Made by a program: the position numbers and the translations under genes. A stretch of DNA of 46,647 nucleotides from Escherichia phage phiSTEC1575-Stx2k, in sequence record OQ243220.1; one strand, 5' to 3'. This document shows positions 30,249-42,065 of the stretch, piece by piece. The notes under the pieces were generated by a model. It saw only the letters and a list, made by a program, of their open reading frames with translations, ran no database searches and was not told the DNA's origin. How positions within the stretch are numbered: position 1 is the first letter of the stretch; every line of letters begins with the position of its first letter.

Positions 30249-30644
30249 ATGACGAAAGATGAACTGATTGCCCGTCTTCAGGTGCTGGGTGAGCAACTGA
30301 ACCGTGATGTCAGCCTGACGGGGACGAAAGAAGAACTGGTGCTCCGTGTGGCAGAGCTGGAAGAGGAGCTTGATGACACGGATGACGCTGCCGGTCAGGA
30401 CACATCTGTCAGCCCGGAAAATGCGCTGACCGGACATGAAAATGAGGTGGTATCAGCGCAGCCGGATACCGTGATTGATACGGCTGCTCTGGTCACGGTC
30501 GTGGCACTGGTGACGCTGCATACTGATGCACTTCACGCCACGCGGGATGAGCCTGTGGCATTTGTGCTGCCGGGAACGGCGTTTCGTGTCTCTGCCGGTG
30601 TGGCAGCCGAAATGACAGAACATGGCCTGGCCAGAATGCAATAA
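30249..30644 (+). CDS. FI: DNA-packaging protein FI
   Basis: MTKDELIARLQVLGEQL..., 132 aa. Confidence 0.85.
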   Translation: MTKDELIARLQVLGEQLNRDVSLTGTKEELVLRVAELEEELDDTDDAAGQDTSVSPENALTGHENEVVSAQPDTVIDTAALVTVVALVTLHTDALHATRDEPVAFVLPGTAFRVSAGVAAEMTEHGLARMQ

Positions 30645-30655
30645 CGGGAGGCGCT

Positions 30656-31009
30656 GTGGCTGATTCCGATAACCTGTTCGATGCTGCCATTGCCCGCGCC
30701 GATGAAACGATACGCGGGTACATGGGAACGTCAGCCACCATGACATCCGGTGAGCTGTCCGGTGCTGTGATACGTGGTGTTTTTGATGACCCTGAAAATA
30801 TCAGCTATGCCGGACAGGGGGTGCGCGTTGAAGGCTCCAGCCCGTCCCTGTTTGTCCGGACTGATGATGTGCGGCAGCTGCGGCGTGGAGACACACTGAC
30901 CATCGGCGAGGAAAACTTCTGGGTGGACCGGATTTCGCCGGATGATGGCGGAAGCTGTCATCTCTGGCTTGGGCGTGGCGTGCCGCCTGCCGTTAACCGT
31001 CGCCGCTGA
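30656..31009 (+). CDS. FII: Head completion protein FII
   Basis: 117 aa, lambda FII-like. Confidence 0.85.
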   Translation: MADSDNLFDAAIARADETIRGYMGTSATMTSGELSGAVIRGVFDDPENISYAGQGVRVEGSSPSLFVRTDDVRQLRRGDTLTIGEENFWVDRISPDDGGSCHLWLGRGVPPAVNRRR

Positions 31010-31020
31010 AAGGGGGATGT

Positions 31021-31599
31021 ATGGCCATAAAAGGTCTTGAGCAGGCCGTTGAAAACCTCAGCCGTATCAGCAAAACGGCGGTGCCTGGTGCCGCCGCAAT
31101 GGCCATTAACCGCGTTGCGTCATCCGCGATATCGCAGTCTGCGTCACAGGTTGCCCGTGAGACAAAGGTACGCCGGAAACTGGTAAAGGAAAGGGCCAGG
31201 CTGAAAAGGGCCACGGTCAAAAATCCGCAGGCCAGAATCAGGGTTAACCGGGGGGATTTGCCCGTAATCAAGCTGGGTAACGCGCGGGTTGTCCTTTCCC
31301 GCCGCAGACGTCGTAAAAAGGGGCAGCGTTCATCCCTGAAAGGTGGCGGCAGCGTGCTTGTGGTGGGAAACCGTCGTATTCCCGGCGCGTTTATTCAGCA
31401 ACTGAAAAATGGCCGGTGGCATGTCATGCAGCGTGTGGCCGGGAAAAACCGTTACCCCATTGATGTGGTGAAAATCCCGATGGCGGTGCCGCTTACCACG
31501 GCGTTTAAACAGAATATTGAACGGATACGGCGTGAACGTCTTCCGAAAGAGCTGGGCTATGCGCTGCAGCATCAACTGAGGATGGTAATAAAGCGATGA
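31021..31599 (+). CDS. Z: Tail completion protein Z
   Basis: 192 aa. Confidence 0.85.
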   Translation: MAIKGLEQAVENLSRISKTAVPGAAAMAINRVASSAISQSASQVARETKVRRKLVKERARLKRATVKNPQARIRVNRGDLPVIKLGNARVVLSRRRRRKKGQRSSLKGGGSVLVVGNRRIPGAFIQQLKNGRWHVMQRVAGKNRYPIDVVKIPMAVPLTTAFKQNIERIRRERLPKELGYALQHQLRMVIKR

Positions 31600-31991
31600 A
31601 ACATACTGAACTCCGTGCAGCCGTACTGGATGCACTGGAGAAGCATGACACCGGGGCGACGTTTTTTGATGGTCGCCCCGCTGTTTTTGATGAGGCGGAT
31701 TTTCCGGCAGTTGCCGTTTATCTCACCGGCGCTGAATACACGGGCGAAGAGCTGGACAGCGATACATGGCAGGCGGAGCTGCATATTGAAGTTTTCCTGC
31801 CTGCTCAGGTGCCGGATTCAGAGCTGGATGCGTGGATGGAGTCCCGGATTTATCCGGTGATGAGTGATATCCCGGCACTGTCAGATTTGATCACCAGTAT
31901 GGTGGCCAGCGGCTATGACTACCGGCGCGACGATGATGCGGGCCTGTGGAGTTCAGCCGATCTGACTTATGTCATTACCTATGAAATGTGA
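31596..31991 (+). CDS. U: Tail terminator protein U
   Basis: 131 aa. Confidence 0.85.
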   Translation: MKHTELRAAVLDALEKHDTGATFFDGRPAVFDEADFPAVAVYLTGAEYTGEELDSDTWQAELHIEVFLPAQVPDSELDAWMESRIYPVMSDIPALSDLITSMVASGYDYRRDDDAGLWSSADLTYVITYEM

Positions 31992-31998
31992 GGACGCT

Positions 31999-32739
31999 AT
32001 GCCTGTACCAAATCCTGTAATGCCGGTGAAAGGTGCCGGGACCACCCTGTGGGTTTATAAGGGAAGCGGTGACCCTTATGCGAATCCGCTTTCAGACGTT
32101 GACTGGTCGCGTCTGGCAAAAGTTAAAGACCTGACGCCCGGCGAACTGACCGCTGAGTCCTATGACGACAGCTATCTCGATGATGAAGATGCAGACTGGA
32201 CTGCGACCGGGCAGGGGCAGAAATCTGCCGGAGATACCAGCTTCACGCTGGCGTGGATGCCCGGAGAGCAGGGGCAGCAGGCGCTGCTGGCGTGGTTTAA
32301 TGAAGGGGATACCCGAGCCTATAAAATCCGCTTCCCGAACGGCACGGTCGATGTGTTCCGCGGCTGGGTCAGCAGTATCGGTAAGGCGGTGACGGCGAAG
32401 GAAGTGATCACCCGCACGGTGAAAGTCACCAACGTGGGCCGTCCGTCGATGGCAGAAGATCGCAGCACGGTGACGGCGACAACCGGCATGACTGTGACGC
32501 CTGCCAGCACCTCGGTGGTGAAAGGGCAGAGCACCACGCTGACCGTGGCATTCCAGCCGGAAGGCGCAACCGACAAGAGCTTCCGTGCGGTGTCTGCGGA
32601 TAAAACAAAAGCCACCGTGTCGGTCAGTGGTATGACCATCACCGTGAAAGGTGTTGCTGCAGGCAAGGTCAACATTCCGGTCGTATCCGGTAATGGTGAA
32701 CTTGCTGCGGTTGCAGAAATCACCGTCACCGCCAGTTAA
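31999..32739 (+). CDS. V: Major tail protein V
   Basis: [22 protein letters not shown]..., 246 aa. Confidence 0.9.
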   Translation: MPVPNPVMPVKGAGTTLWVYKGSGDPYANPLSDVDWSRLAKVKDLTPGELTAESYDDSYLDDEDADWTATGQGQKSAGDTSFTLAWMPGEQGQQALLAWFNEGDTRAYKIRFPNGTVDVFRGWVSSIGKAVTAKEVITRTVKVTNVGRPSMAEDRSTVTATTGMTVTPASTSVVKGQSTTLTVAFQPEGATDKSFRAVSADKTKATVSVSGMTITVKGVAAGKVNIPVVSGNGELAAVAEITVTAS

Positions 32740-32754
32740 TCCGGGGAGTCAGAG

Positions 32755-33177
32755 ATGTTCCTGAAAACCGAATCATTTGAACATAACGGTGTGACCGTCA
32801 CGCTTTCTGAACTGTCAGCCCTGCAGCGTATTGAGCATCTCGCCCTGATGAAACGGCAGGCAGAACAGGCGGAGTCAGACAGCAACCGGAAGTTTACTGT
32901 GGAAGACGCCATCAGAACCGGCGCGTTTCTGGTGGCGATGTCCCTGTGGCATAACCATCCGAAGAAGACAAAGCTGCCTTCCATGAATGAAGCCGTTAAA
33001 CAGATTGAGCAGGAAGTGCTTACCACCTGGCCCACGGAGGCAATTTCTCATGCTGAAAACGTGGTGTACCGGCTGTCCGGTATGTATGAGTTTGTGGTGA
33101 ATGATGCTCCTGAACAGACAGAGGACGCCGGGCCTGCAGAGCCTGTTTCTGCGGGAAAGTGTTCGATGGTGAGCTGA
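32755..33177 (+). CDS. G: Tail assembly chaperone G
   Basis: 140 aa, lambda G-like. Confidence 0.85.
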   Translation: MFLKTESFEHNGVTVTLSELSALQRIEHLALMKRQAEQAESDSNRKFTVEDAIRTGAFLVAMSLWHNHPKKTKLPSMNEAVKQIEQEVLTTWPTEAISHAENVVYRLSGMYEFVVNDAPEQTEDAGPAEPVSAGKCSMVS

Positions 33178-33593
33178 GTTTTGCCCTGAAACTGGCGCGA
33201 GAGATGGGGCGACCCGACTGGCGTGCCATGCTTGCCGGGATGTCATCCACGGAGTATGCCGACTGGCACCGCTTTTACAGTACCCATTATTTTCATGATG
33301 TTCTGCTGGATATGCACTTTTCCGGGCTGACGTACACCGTGCTCAGCCTGTTTTTCAGCGATCCGGATATGCATCCGCTGGATTTCAGTCTGCTGAACCG
33401 GCGTGAGGCTGACGAAGAGCCTGAAGATGATGTGCTGATGCAGAAAGCGGCAGGGCTTGCCGGAGGCGTCCGCTTTGGCCCGGACGGGAATGAAGTTATC
33501 CCCGCTTCCCCGGATGTGGCGGACATGACGGAGGATGACGTAATGCTGATGACAGTATCAGAAGGGATCGCAGGAGGAGTCCGGTATGGCTGA
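33153..33593 (+). CDS. T: Tail assembly protein T, made as a G-T fusion by -1 frameshift at GGGAAAG (33153-33159)
   Basis: Slippery heptamer GGGAAAG near the end of G with the T frame open downstream. Confidence 0.8.
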   Translation, partial: GKVFDGELSFALKLAREMGRPDWRAMLAGMSSTEYADWHRFYSTHYFHDVLLDMHFSGLTYTVLSLFFSDPDMHPLDFSLLNRREADEEPEDDVLMQKAAGLAGGVRFGPDGNEVIPASPDVADMTEDDVMLMTVSEGIAGGVRYG

Positions 33594-36165
33594 ACCGGTA
33601 GGCGATCTGGTCGTTGATTTAAGTCTGGATGCGGCCAGATTTGACGAGCAGATGGCCAGAGTCAGGCGTCATTTTTCCGGTACGGAAACTGATGCGAAAA
33701 AAACAGCGGCAGTCGTTGAACAGTCGCTGAGCCGACAGGCGCTGGCTGCACAGAAAGCGGGGATTTCCGTCGGGCAGTATAAAGCCGCCATGCGTATGCT
33801 GCCTGCACAGTTCACCGACGTGGCCACGCAGCTTGCAGGCGGGCAAAGCCCGTGGCTGATCCTGCTGCAACAGGGGGGGCAGGTTAAGGACTCCTTCGGC
33901 GGGATGATCCCCATGTTCAGGGGGCTTGCCGGTGCGATCACCCTGCCGATGGTGGGGGCCACCTCGCTGGCGGTGGCGACCGGTGCGCTGGCGTATACCT
34001 GGTATCAGGGCAACTCAACCCTGTCCGATTTCAACAAAACGCTGGTCCTTTCCGGCAATCAGGCGGGACTGACGGCAGATCGTATGCTGGTCCTGTCCAG
34101 AGCCGGGCAGGCGGCAGGGCTGACGTTTAACCAGACCAGCGAGTCACTGACGGCGCTGGTGAATGCCGGTGTGCGTGGTGGTGAGCAGTTTGAGGCGATC
34201 AGCCAGAGTGTGGCGCGTTTCTCCTCTGCATCCGGCGTGGAGGTGGACAAGGTCGCTGAAGCCTTCGGGAAGCTGACCACAGACCCGACGTCGGGGCTGA
34301 CGGCAATGGCGCGTCAGTTCCATAACGTGACGGCGGAGCAGATTGCGTATGTTGCTCAGTTGCAGCGTTCCGGAGATGAAGCCGGGGCATTGCAGGCGGC
34401 GAACGAGGCCGCAACGAAAGGGTTTGATGACCAGACCCGCCGCCTGAAAGAGAACATGGGCACGCTGGAGACCTGGGCAGACAGGACAGCACGGGCATTC
34501 AAATCCATGTGGGATTCGGTGCTGGATATTGGTCGCCCGGACACTGCCCAGGGAATGCTGGAGAAAGCAGAAAAGGCTTTTGATGAGGCGGACAAAAAAT
34601 GGCAGTGGTATCAGAGCCGGAGCCACCGGCGCGGTAAAACCTCAGCATTTCTTGCCAATCTCCGGGGAGCATGGGAGGACAGAGCGAATGCGCAACTTGG
34701 GCTTTCAGCCGCCACGTTGCAGGCCGATCTTGAAAAGGCCAGAGAGATGGCAGCAAAGGACTGGGCCGAGTCTGAGGCATCACGGCTGAAATATACCGAA
34801 GAGGCGCAGAAGGCTTACGAACGGCTGCAGACGCCGCTGGAGAAATATACCGCCCGTCAGGAAGAACTGAACAAGGCACTGAAAGACGGGAAAATCCTGC
34901 AGGCGGATTACAACACGCTGATGGCGGCGGCGAAAAAGGATTATGAAGCGACGCTGAAAAAGCCGAAACAGTCCGGCGTGAAGGTGTCTGCGGGCGATCG
35001 TCAGGAAGACAGTGCTCATGCTGCCCTGCTGACGCTTCAGGCTGAACTCCGGACGCTGGAGAAGCATGCCGGAGCAAATGAGAAAATCAGCCAGCAGCGC
35101 CGGGATTTGTGGAAGGCGGAGAGCCAGTTCGCGGTACTGGAGGAGGCGGCGCAACGTCGCCAGCTGTCTGCACAGGAGAAATCCCTGCTGGCGCATAAAG
35201 ATGAGACGCTGGAGTACAAACGCCAGCTGGCTGCACTTGGCGACAAGGTTACGTATCAGGAGCGCCTGAACGCGCTGGCGCAGCAGGCGGATAAATTCGC
35301 ACAGCAGCAACGGGCAAAACGGGCCGCCATTGATGCGAAAAGCCGGGGGCTGACTGACCGGCAGGCAGAACGGGAAGCCACGGAACAGCGCCTGAAGGAA
35401 CAGTATGGCGATAATCCGCTGGCGCTGAATAACGTCATGTCAGAGCAGAAAAAGACCTGGGCGGCTGAAGACCAGCTTCGCGGGAGCTGGATGGCAGGCC
35501 TGAAGTCCGGCTGGAGTGAGTGGGAAGAGAGCGCCACGGACAGTATGTCGCAGGTAAAAAGTGCAGCCACGCAGACCTTTGATGGTATTGCACAGAATAT
35601 GGCGGCGATGCTGACCGGCAGTGAGCAGAACTGGCGCAGCTTCACCCGTTCCGTGCTGTCCATGATGACAGAAATTCTGCTTAAGCAGGCAATGGTGGGG
35701 ATTGTCGGGAGTATCGGCAGCGCCATTGGCGGGGCTGTTGGTGGCGGCGCATCCGCGTCAGGCGGTACAGCCATTCAGGCCGCTGCGGCGAAATTCCATT
35801 TTGCAACCGGAGGATTTACGGGAACCGGCGGCAAATATGAGCCAGCGGGGATTGTTCACCGTGGTGAATTTGTCTTCACGAAGGAGGTAACCAGCCGGAT
35901 TGGCGTGGGGAATCTTTACCGGCTGATGCGCGGCTATGCCACCGGCGGTTATGTCGGTACACCGGGCAGCATGGCAGACAGCCGGTCGCAGGCGTCCGGG
36001 ACGTTTGAGCAGAATAACCATGTGGTGATTAACAACGACGGCACGAACGGGCAGATAGGTCCGGCTGCTCTGAAGGCGGTGTATGACATGGCCCGCAAGG
36101 GTGCCCGTGATGAAATTCAGACACAGATGCGTGATGGTGGCCTGTTCTCCGGAGGTGGACGATGA
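33586..36165 (+). CDS. H: Tail tape measure protein H
   Basis: 859 aa (lambda H about 853). Confidence 0.9.
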   Translation: MAEPVGDLVVDLSLDAARFDEQMARVRRHFSGTETDAKKTAAVVEQSLSRQALAAQKAGISVGQYKAAMRMLPAQFTDVATQLAGGQSPWLILLQQGGQVKDSFGGMIPMFRGLAGAITLPMVGATSLAVATGALAYTWYQGNSTLSDFNKTLVLSGNQAGLTADRMLVLSRAGQAAGLTFNQTSESLTALVNAGVRGGEQFEAISQSVARFSSASGVEVDKVAEAFGKLTTDPTSGLTAMARQFHNVTAEQIAYVAQLQRSGDEAGALQAANEAATKGFDDQTRRLKENMGTLETWADRTARAFKSMWDSVLDIGRPDTAQGMLEKAEKAFDEADKKWQWYQSRSHRRGKTSAFLANLRGAWEDRANAQLGLSAATLQADLEKAREMAAKDWAESEASRLKYTEEAQKAYERLQTPLEKYTARQEELNKALKDGKILQADYNTLMAAAKKDYEATLKKPKQSGVKVSAGDRQEDSAHAALLTLQAELRTLEKHAGANEKISQQRRDLWKAESQFAVLEEAAQRRQLSAQEKSLLAHKDETLEYKRQLAALGDKVTYQERLNALAQQADKFAQQQRAKRAAIDAKSRGLTDRQAEREATEQRLKEQYGDNPLALNNVMSEQKKTWAAEDQLRGSWMAGLKSGWSEWEESATDSMSQVKSAATQTFDGIAQNMAAMLTGSEQNWRSFTRSVLSMMTEILLKQAMVGIVGSIGSAIGGAVGGGASASGGTAIQAAAAKFHFATGGFTGTGGKYEPAGIVHRGEFVFTKEVTSRIGVGNLYRLMRGYATGGYVGTPGSMADSRSQASGTFEQNNHVVINNDGTNGQIGPAALKAVYDMARKGARDEIQTQMRDGGLFSGGGR

Positions 36166-36491
36166 AGACCTTCCGCTGGAAAGTGAAACCCGGTATGGAT
36201 GTGGCTTCGGTCCCTTCTGTAAGAAAGGTGCGCTTTGGTGATGGCTATTCTCAGCGAGCGCCTGCCGGGCTGAATGCCAACCTGAAAACGTACAGCGTGA
36301 CGCTTTCTGTCCCCCGTGAGGAGGCCACGGTACTGGAGTCGTTTCTGGAAGAGCACGGGGGCTGGAAAGCCTTTCTGTGGACGCCGCCTTATGAGTGGCG
36401 GCAGATAAAGGTGACCTGCGCAAAATGGTCGTCGCGGGTCAGTATGTTGCGTGTTGAGTTCAGCGCAGAGTTTGAACAGGTGGTGAACTGA
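36162..36491 (+). CDS. M: Minor tail protein M
   Basis: 109 aa. Confidence 0.85.
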   Translation: MKTFRWKVKPGMDVASVPSVRKVRFGDGYSQRAPAGLNANLKTYSVTLSVPREEATVLESFLEEHGGWKAFLWTPPYEWRQIKVTCAKWSSRVSMLRVEFSAEFEQVVN

Positions 36492-37189
36492 TGCAGGATA
36501 TCCGGCAGGAAACACTGAATGAATGCACCCGTGCGGAGCAGTCGGCCAGCGTGGTGCTCTGGGAAATCGACCTGACAGAGGTCGGTGGAGAACGTTATTT
36601 TTTCTGTAATGAGCAGAACGAAAAAGGTGAGCCGGTCACCTGGCAGGGGCGACAGTATCAGCCGTATCCCATTCAGGGGAGCGGTTTTGAACTGAATGGC
36701 AAAGGCACCAGTACGCGCCCCACGCTGACGGTTTCTAACCTGTACGGTATGGTCACCGGGATGGCGGAAGATATGCAGAGTCTGGTCGGCGGAACGGTGG
36801 TCCGGCGTAAGGTTTACGCCCGTTTTCTGGATGCGGTGAACTTCGTCAACGGAAACAGTTACGCCGATCCGGAGCAGGAGGTGATCAGCCGCTGGCGCAT
36901 TGAGCAGTGCAGCGAACTGAGCGCGGTGAGTGCCTCCTTTGTACTGTCCACGCCGACGGAAACGGATGGCGCTGTTTTTCCGGGACGTATCATGCTGGCC
37001 AACACCTGCACCTGGACCTATCGCGGTGACGAGTGCGGTTATAGCGGTCCGGCTGTCGCGGATGAATATGACCAGCCAACGTCCGATATCACGAAGGATA
37101 AATGCAGCAAATGCCTGAGCGGTTGTAAGTTCCGCAATAACGTCGGCAACTTTGGCGGCTTCCTTTCCATTAACAAACTTTCGCAGTAA
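36491..37189 (+). CDS. L: Minor tail protein L
   Basis: 232 aa. Confidence 0.85.
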   Translation: MQDIRQETLNECTRAEQSASVVLWEIDLTEVGGERYFFCNEQNEKGEPVTWQGRQYQPYPIQGSGFELNGKGTSTRPTLTVSNLYGMVTGMAEDMQSLVGGTVVRRKVYARFLDAVNFVNGNSYADPEQEVISRWRIEQCSELSAVSASFVLSTPTETDGAVFPGRIMLANTCTWTYRGDECGYSGPAVADEYDQPTSDITKDKCSKCLSGCKFRNNVGNFGGFLSINKLSQ

Positions 37190-37194
37190 ATCCC

Positions 37195-37938
37195 ATGACA
37201 CAGACAGAATCAGCGATTCTGGCGCACGCCCGGCGATGTGCGCCAGCGGAGTCGTGCGGCTTCGTGGTAAGCACGCCGGAGGGGGAAAGATATTTTCCCT
37301 GCGTGAATATCTCCGGTGAGCCGGAGGCGTATTTCCGTATGTCGCCGGAAGACTGGCTGCAGGCAGAAATGCAGGGTGAGATTGTGGCGCTGGTCCACAG
37401 CCACCCCGGTGGTCTGCCCTGGCTGAGTGAGGCCGACCGGCGGCTGCAGGTGCAGAGTGATTTGCCGTGGTGGCTGGTCTGCCGGGGGACGATTCATAAG
37501 TTCCGCTGTGTGCCGCATCTCACCGGGCGGCGCTTTGAGCACGGTGTGACGGACTGTTACACACTGTTCCGGGATGCTTATCATCTGGCGGGGATTGAGA
37601 TGCCGGACTTTTATCGTGAGGATGACTGGTGGCGTAACGGCCAGAATCTCTATCTGGATAATCTGGAGGCGACGGGGCTGTATCAGGTGCCGTTGTCAGC
37701 GGCACAGCCGGGCGATGTGCTGCTGTGCTGTTTTGGTTCATCAGTGCCGAATCACGCCGCAATTTACTGCGGCGACGGCGAGCTGCTGCACCATATTCCT
37801 GAACAACTGAGCAAACGAGAGAGGTACACCGACAAATGGCAGCGACGCACACACTCCCTCTGGCGTCACCGGGCATGGCGCGCATCTGCCTTTACGGGGA
37901 TTTACAACGATTTGGTCGCCGCATCGACCTTCGTGTGA
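37195..37938 (+). CDS. K: Tail tip assembly protein K (JAMM/MPN plus NlpC/P60-like)
   Basis: HSHPGG JAMM motif; an internal ATG at 37339 would give the classical 199-aa form. Confidence 0.8.
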   Translation: MTQTESAILAHARRCAPAESCGFVVSTPEGERYFPCVNISGEPEAYFRMSPEDWLQAEMQGEIVALVHSHPGGLPWLSEADRRLQVQSDLPWWLVCRGTIHKFRCVPHLTGRRFEHGVTDCYTLFRDAYHLAGIEMPDFYREDDWWRNGQNLYLDNLEATGLYQVPLSAAQPGDVLLCCFGSSVPNHAAIYCGDGELLHHIPEQLSKRERYTDKWQRRTHSLWRHRAWRASAFTGIYNDLVAASTFV

Positions 37939-38507
37939 AAACGGGGGCTGAAGCCATCCGGGCACTGGCCACACAGCTCCCGGCGTTTCGTCAGAAACTG
38001 AGCGACGGCTGGTATCAGGTACGGATTGCCGGGCGGGACGTCAGCACGTCCGGGTTAACGGCGCAGTTACATGAGACTCTGCCTGATGGCGCTGTGATTC
38101 ATATTGTTCCCAGAGTCGCCGGGGCCAAGTCAGGTGGCGTATTCCAGATTGTCCTGGGGGCTGCCGCCATTGCCGGATCATTCTTTACCGCCGGAGCCAC
38201 CCTTGCAGCATGGGGGGCAGCCATTGGGACCGGTGGTATGACCGGCATCCTGTTTTCTCTCGGTGCCAGTATGGTGCTCGGTGGTGTGGCGCAGATGCTG
38301 GCACCGAAAGCCAGAACTCCCCGTACACAGACAACGGATAACGGTAAGCAGAACACCTATTTCTCCTCACTGGATAACATGGTTGCCCAGGGCAATGTTC
38401 TGCCTGTTCTGTACGGGGAAATGCGCGTGGGGTCTCGCGTGGTTTCTCAGGAGATCAGCACGGCAGACGAAGGGGACGGTGGTCAGGTTGTGGTGATTGG
38501 TCGCTGA
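37836..38507 (+). CDS. I: Tail assembly protein I
   Basis: 223 aa, overlaps the 3-prime end of K. Confidence 0.85.
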   Translation: MAATHTLPLASPGMARICLYGDLQRFGRRIDLRVKTGAEAIRALATQLPAFRQKLSDGWYQVRIAGRDVSTSGLTAQLHETLPDGAVIHIVPRVAGAKSGGVFQIVLGAAAIAGSFFTAGATLAAWGAAIGTGGMTGILFSLGASMVLGGVAQMLAPKARTPRTQTTDNGKQNTYFSSLDNMVAQGNVLPVLYGEMRVGSRVVSQEISTADEGDGGQVVVIGR

Positions 38508-38526
38508 TGCAAAATGTTTTATGTGA

Positions 38527-38548
38527 AACCGCCTGCGGGCGGTTTTGT
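38527..38548 (+). terminator. Hairpin / terminator between I and J
   Basis: AACCGCC-TGCG-GGCGGTT followed by TTTT. Confidence 0.4.
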
Positions 38549-38567
38549 CATTTATGGAGCGTGAGGA

Positions 38568-41500
38568 ATGGGTAAAGGCAGCAGTAAGGGGCATACCCCG
38601 CGCGAAGCGAAGGACAACCTGAAGTCCACGCAGCTGCTGAGTGTGATCGATGCCATCAGCGAAGGGCCGGTTGAAGGTCCGGTGGATGGATTAAAAAGCG
38701 TGCTGCTGAACAGTACGCCGGTGCTGGACACTGAGGGGAATACCAACATCTCCGGTGTCACGGTGGTGTTCCGTGCCGGTGAGCAGGAGCAGACACCGCC
38801 GGAGGGGTTTGAATCCTCCGGCTCCGAGACGGTGCTGGGTACGGAAGTGAAATATGACACGCCGATCACCCGCACCATTACGTCTGCAAACATCGACCGT
38901 CTGCGCTTTACCTTCGGCGTGCAGGCACTGGTGGAAACCACCTCAAAGGGGGACCGGAATCCGTCGGAAGTCCGCCTGCTGGTTCAGATCCAGCGTAATG
39001 GTGGCTGGGTGACGGAAAAAGACATCACCATTAAGGGCAAAACCACCTCGCAGTATCTGGCCTCGGTGGTGGTGGGTAACCTGCCGCCGCGCCCGTTCAA
39101 TATACGGATGCGCAGGATGACGCCGGACAGCACCACAGACCAGCTGCAGAACAAAACGCTCTGGTCGTCATACACCGAAATCATCGATGTGAAACAGTGC
39201 TACCCGAACACGGCACTGGTCGGCGTGCAGGTGGATTCGGAGCAGTTCGGCAGCCAGCAGGTGAGCCGTAATTATCATCTGCGCGGGCGCATTCAGCAGG
39301 TGCCGTCGAACTATAACCCGCAGACGCGGCAATACAGCGGTATCTGGGACGGAACGTTTAAGCCAGCATACAGCAACAACATGGCCTGGTGTCTGTGGGA
39401 TATGCTGACCCATCCGCGCTACGGCATGGGGAAACGTCTTGGTGCGGCGGATGTGGACAAATGGGCGCTGTATGTCATCGGCCAGCATTGCGATCAGTCG
39501 GTGCCGGACGGTTTTGGCGGCACGGAGCCGCGCATCACCTGTAATGCGTACCTGACCACACAGCGCAAGGCGTGGGATGTGCTCAGTGATTTCTGCTCTG
39601 CGATGCGCTGTATGCCGGTATGGAACGGGCAGACGCTGACGTTCGTGCAGGACCGACCGTCGGATAAGGTGTGGATCTATAACCGCAGTAATGTGGTGAT
39701 GCCGGATGATGGTGCGCCGTTCCGCTACAGCTTCAGCGCCCTGAAGGACCGCCATAATGCCGTTGAGGTGAACTGGATTGACCCGAATAACGGCTGGGAG
39801 ACGGCGACAGAGCTTGTGGAGGACACGCAGGCCATTGCCCGTTACGGTCGTAACGTCACGAAGATGGATGCTTTTGGCTGTACCAGCCGGGGGCAGGCAC
39901 ACCGCGCCGGGCTGTGGCTGATTAAAACAGAACTGCTGGAAACGCAGACCGTGGACTTCAGCGTGGGTGCCGAAGGGCTTCGCCATGTACCGGGCGATGT
40001 CATTGAAATCTGCGATGATGACTATGCCGGTATCCGCACCGGCGGGCGCGTGCTGGCGGTAAACAGCCAGACCCGGACGCTGACGCTCGACCGTGAAATC
40101 ACGCTGCCATCTTCCGGCACCACGCTGATAAGCCTGGTTGACGGGCAGGGGAGTCCGGTCAGCGTGGAGGTTCAGTCCGTCACCGACGGCGTGAAGGTGA
40201 AAGTGAGCCGTGTTCCTGACGGCGTTGCTGAATACAGCGTATGGGGGCTGAAGCTGCCGACGTTGCGCCAGCGCCTGTTCCGCTGCGTGAGTATCCGTGA
40301 GAACGACGACGGCACGTATGCCATCACCGCCGTGCAGCATGTACCGGAAAAAGAGGCCATCGTGGATAACGGGGCGCACTTTGACGGCGACCAGAGCGGC
40401 ACGGTAAATGGTGTCACGCCGCCAGCGGTGCAGCACCTGACCGCAGAAGTCACCGCAGACAGCGGGGAATACCAGGTGCTGGCGCGCTGGGACACGCCGA
40501 AGGTGGTGAAGGGCGTGAGCTTCCTGCTTCGCCTGACCGTGGCAGCGGATGACGGCCGTGAGCGGCTGGTCAGCACGGCCCGGACGACGGAAACCACTTA
40601 CCGCTTCACACAACTGGCTCTGGGGAACTACAGGCTGACAGTCCGGGCAGTAAATGCGTGGGGGCAGCAGGGCGATCCGGCGTCGGTATCGTTCCGGATT
40701 GCCGCACCGGCAGCGCCGTCGCGGATTGAGCTGACGCCGGGCTATTTTCAGATAACCGCCACGCCGCATCTTGCGGTTTATGACCCGACGGTACAGTTTG
40801 AGTTCTGGTTCTCGGAAAAACGGATTGCGGATATCAGGCAGGTTGAAACCAGCGCGCGTTATCTTGGTACGGCACTGTACTGGATAGCCGCCAGTATCAA
40901 TATCAAACCGGGCCATGATTATTATTTTTACGTTCGCAGTGTGAACACCGTTGGCAAATCGGCATTCGTGGAGGCTGTCGGTCAGCCGAGTGATGATGCA
41001 TCAGGCTATCTGGATTTTTTCAAAGGCGAGATAGGGAAAACCCATCTGGCTCAGGAGCTGTGGACGCAGATTGATAACGGTCAGCTTGCGCCTGACCTGA
41101 CTGAAATCAGGACGTCCATAACGGATGTCAGCAATGAAATAACACAGACCGTCAATAAGAAACTGGAAGACCAGAGTGCAGCGATCCAGCAGATACAGAA
41201 GGTTCAGGTTGATACAAATAATAACCTGAACAGCATGTGGGCAGTGAAGCTGCAGCAGATGCAGGACGGACGCCTTTATATTGCGGGTATCGGTGCCGGT
41301 ATTGAGAACACCCCTGACGGCATGCAGAGTCAGGTGCTGCTGGCAGCAGACAGGATTGCGATGATTAATCCTGCGAATGGCAACACAAAGCCGATGTTTG
41401 TTGGTCAGGGCGATCAGATATTCATGAATGAAGTGTTCCTGAAACGCCTGACGGCCCCCACCATTACCAGCGGCGGTAATCCTCCGGCATTTTCCCTGAC

Positions 41501-42065
41501 ATCAGACGGGAGACTGACGGCGAAAAATGCGGATATCAGTGGCAGTGTGAATGCGAACTCAGGAACGCTCAACAATGTCACGATTAACCAGAACTGTACG
41601 ATTAAGGGCATGCTGGAGGCGACCCAGGTCAGAGGAGATTTCGTTAAAGCTGTATCAAAAGCCTTCCCGAAAAAAGTCGGTACGTGGGGTAACACGGAAA
41701 CACCAAACGGTACGGTTACAGTCACCATCAGCGATGATCATAACTTTGACCGCCAGATTATTATTCCGCCCATTATTTTTAACGGTATAGCGTATGACGA
41801 TCCGGGGAGCGGAAATAACCCAGGAGGCACGCGATACACGGGTTATGGTTTTGAAGTTCGCAAAAACGGCGTATTAATCGCATCCAGAGAAACTAAAGGG
41901 GCCATTCCCGGTAGTTACAGTGCAGTTATTGATATGCCGAGTGGCAGGGGAAGCGTCACTCTGGAGTTTAAGATTTTCCAGAAAGGCAATCAGGGGGCAG
42001 GCAATATCACCGACTGTACGGTGATTGTGACCAAAAAAGCCGCTTCCGGCATCAGTATTCGTTGA
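38568..42065 (+). CDS. J: Central tail fibre / host specificity protein J with divergent C-terminal receptor-binding region
   Basis: 1165 aa (lambda J 1132); N-terminal about 1000 aa lambda-like, last about 170 aa diverge from the LamB-binding C-terminus of lambda J as I recall it. Confidence 0.9.
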   Translation: MGKGSSKGHTPREAKDNLKSTQLLSVIDAISEGPVEGPVDGLKSVLLNSTPVLDTEGNTNISGVTVVFRAGEQEQTPPEGFESSGSETVLGTEVKYDTPITRTITSANIDRLRFTFGVQALVETTSKGDRNPSEVRLLVQIQRNGGWVTEKDITIKGKTTSQYLASVVVGNLPPRPFNIRMRRMTPDSTTDQLQNKTLWSSYTEIIDVKQCYPNTALVGVQVDSEQFGSQQVSRNYHLRGRIQQVPSNYNPQTRQYSGIWDGTFKPAYSNNMAWCLWDMLTHPRYGMGKRLGAADVDKWALYVIGQHCDQSVPDGFGGTEPRITCNAYLTTQRKAWDVLSDFCSAMRCMPVWNGQTLTFVQDRPSDKVWIYNRSNVVMPDDGAPFRYSFSALKDRHNAVEVNWIDPNNGWETATELVEDTQAIARYGRNVTKMDAFGCTSRGQAHRAGLWLIKTELLETQTVDFSVGAEGLRHVPGDVIEICDDDYAGIRTGGRVLAVNSQTRTLTLDREITLPSSGTTLISLVDGQGSPVSVEVQSVTDGVKVKVSRVPDGVAEYSVWGLKLPTLRQRLFRCVSIRENDDGTYAITAVQHVPEKEAIVDNGAHFDGDQSGTVNGVTPPAVQHLTAEVTADSGEYQVLARWDTPKVVKGVSFLLRLTVAADDGRERLVSTARTTETTYRFTQLALGNYRLTVRAVNAWGQQGDPASVSFRIAAPAAPSRIELTPGYFQITATPHLAVYDPTVQFEFWFSEKRIADIRQVETSARYLGTALYWIAASINIKPGHDYYFYVRSVNTVGKSAFVEAVGQPSDDASGYLDFFKGEIGKTHLAQELWTQIDNGQLAPDLTEIRTSITDVSNEITQTVNKKLEDQSAAIQQIQKVQVDTNNNLNSMWAVKLQQMQDGRLYIAGIGAGIENTPDGMQSQVLLAADRIAMINPANGNTKPMFVGQGDQIFMNEVFLKRLTAPTITSGGNPPAFSLTSDGRLTAKNADISGSVNANSGTLNNVTINQNCTIKGMLEATQVRGDFVKAVSKAFPKKVGTWGNTETPNGTVTVTISDDHNFDRQIIIPPIIFNGIAYDDPGSGNNPGGTRYTGYGFEVRKNGVLIASRETKGAIPGSYSAVIDMPSGRGSVTLEFKIFQKGNQGAGNITDCTVIVTKKAASGISIR

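Noticed and set aside
33600-41000. Many long antisense or alternative-frame ORFs inside H, J and other GC-rich structural genes (for example 39168-40916 minus, 582 aa)
   Set aside because: They lie wholly within well-supported lambda-type genes on the + strand; typical stop-codon-poor frames of GC-rich DNA.
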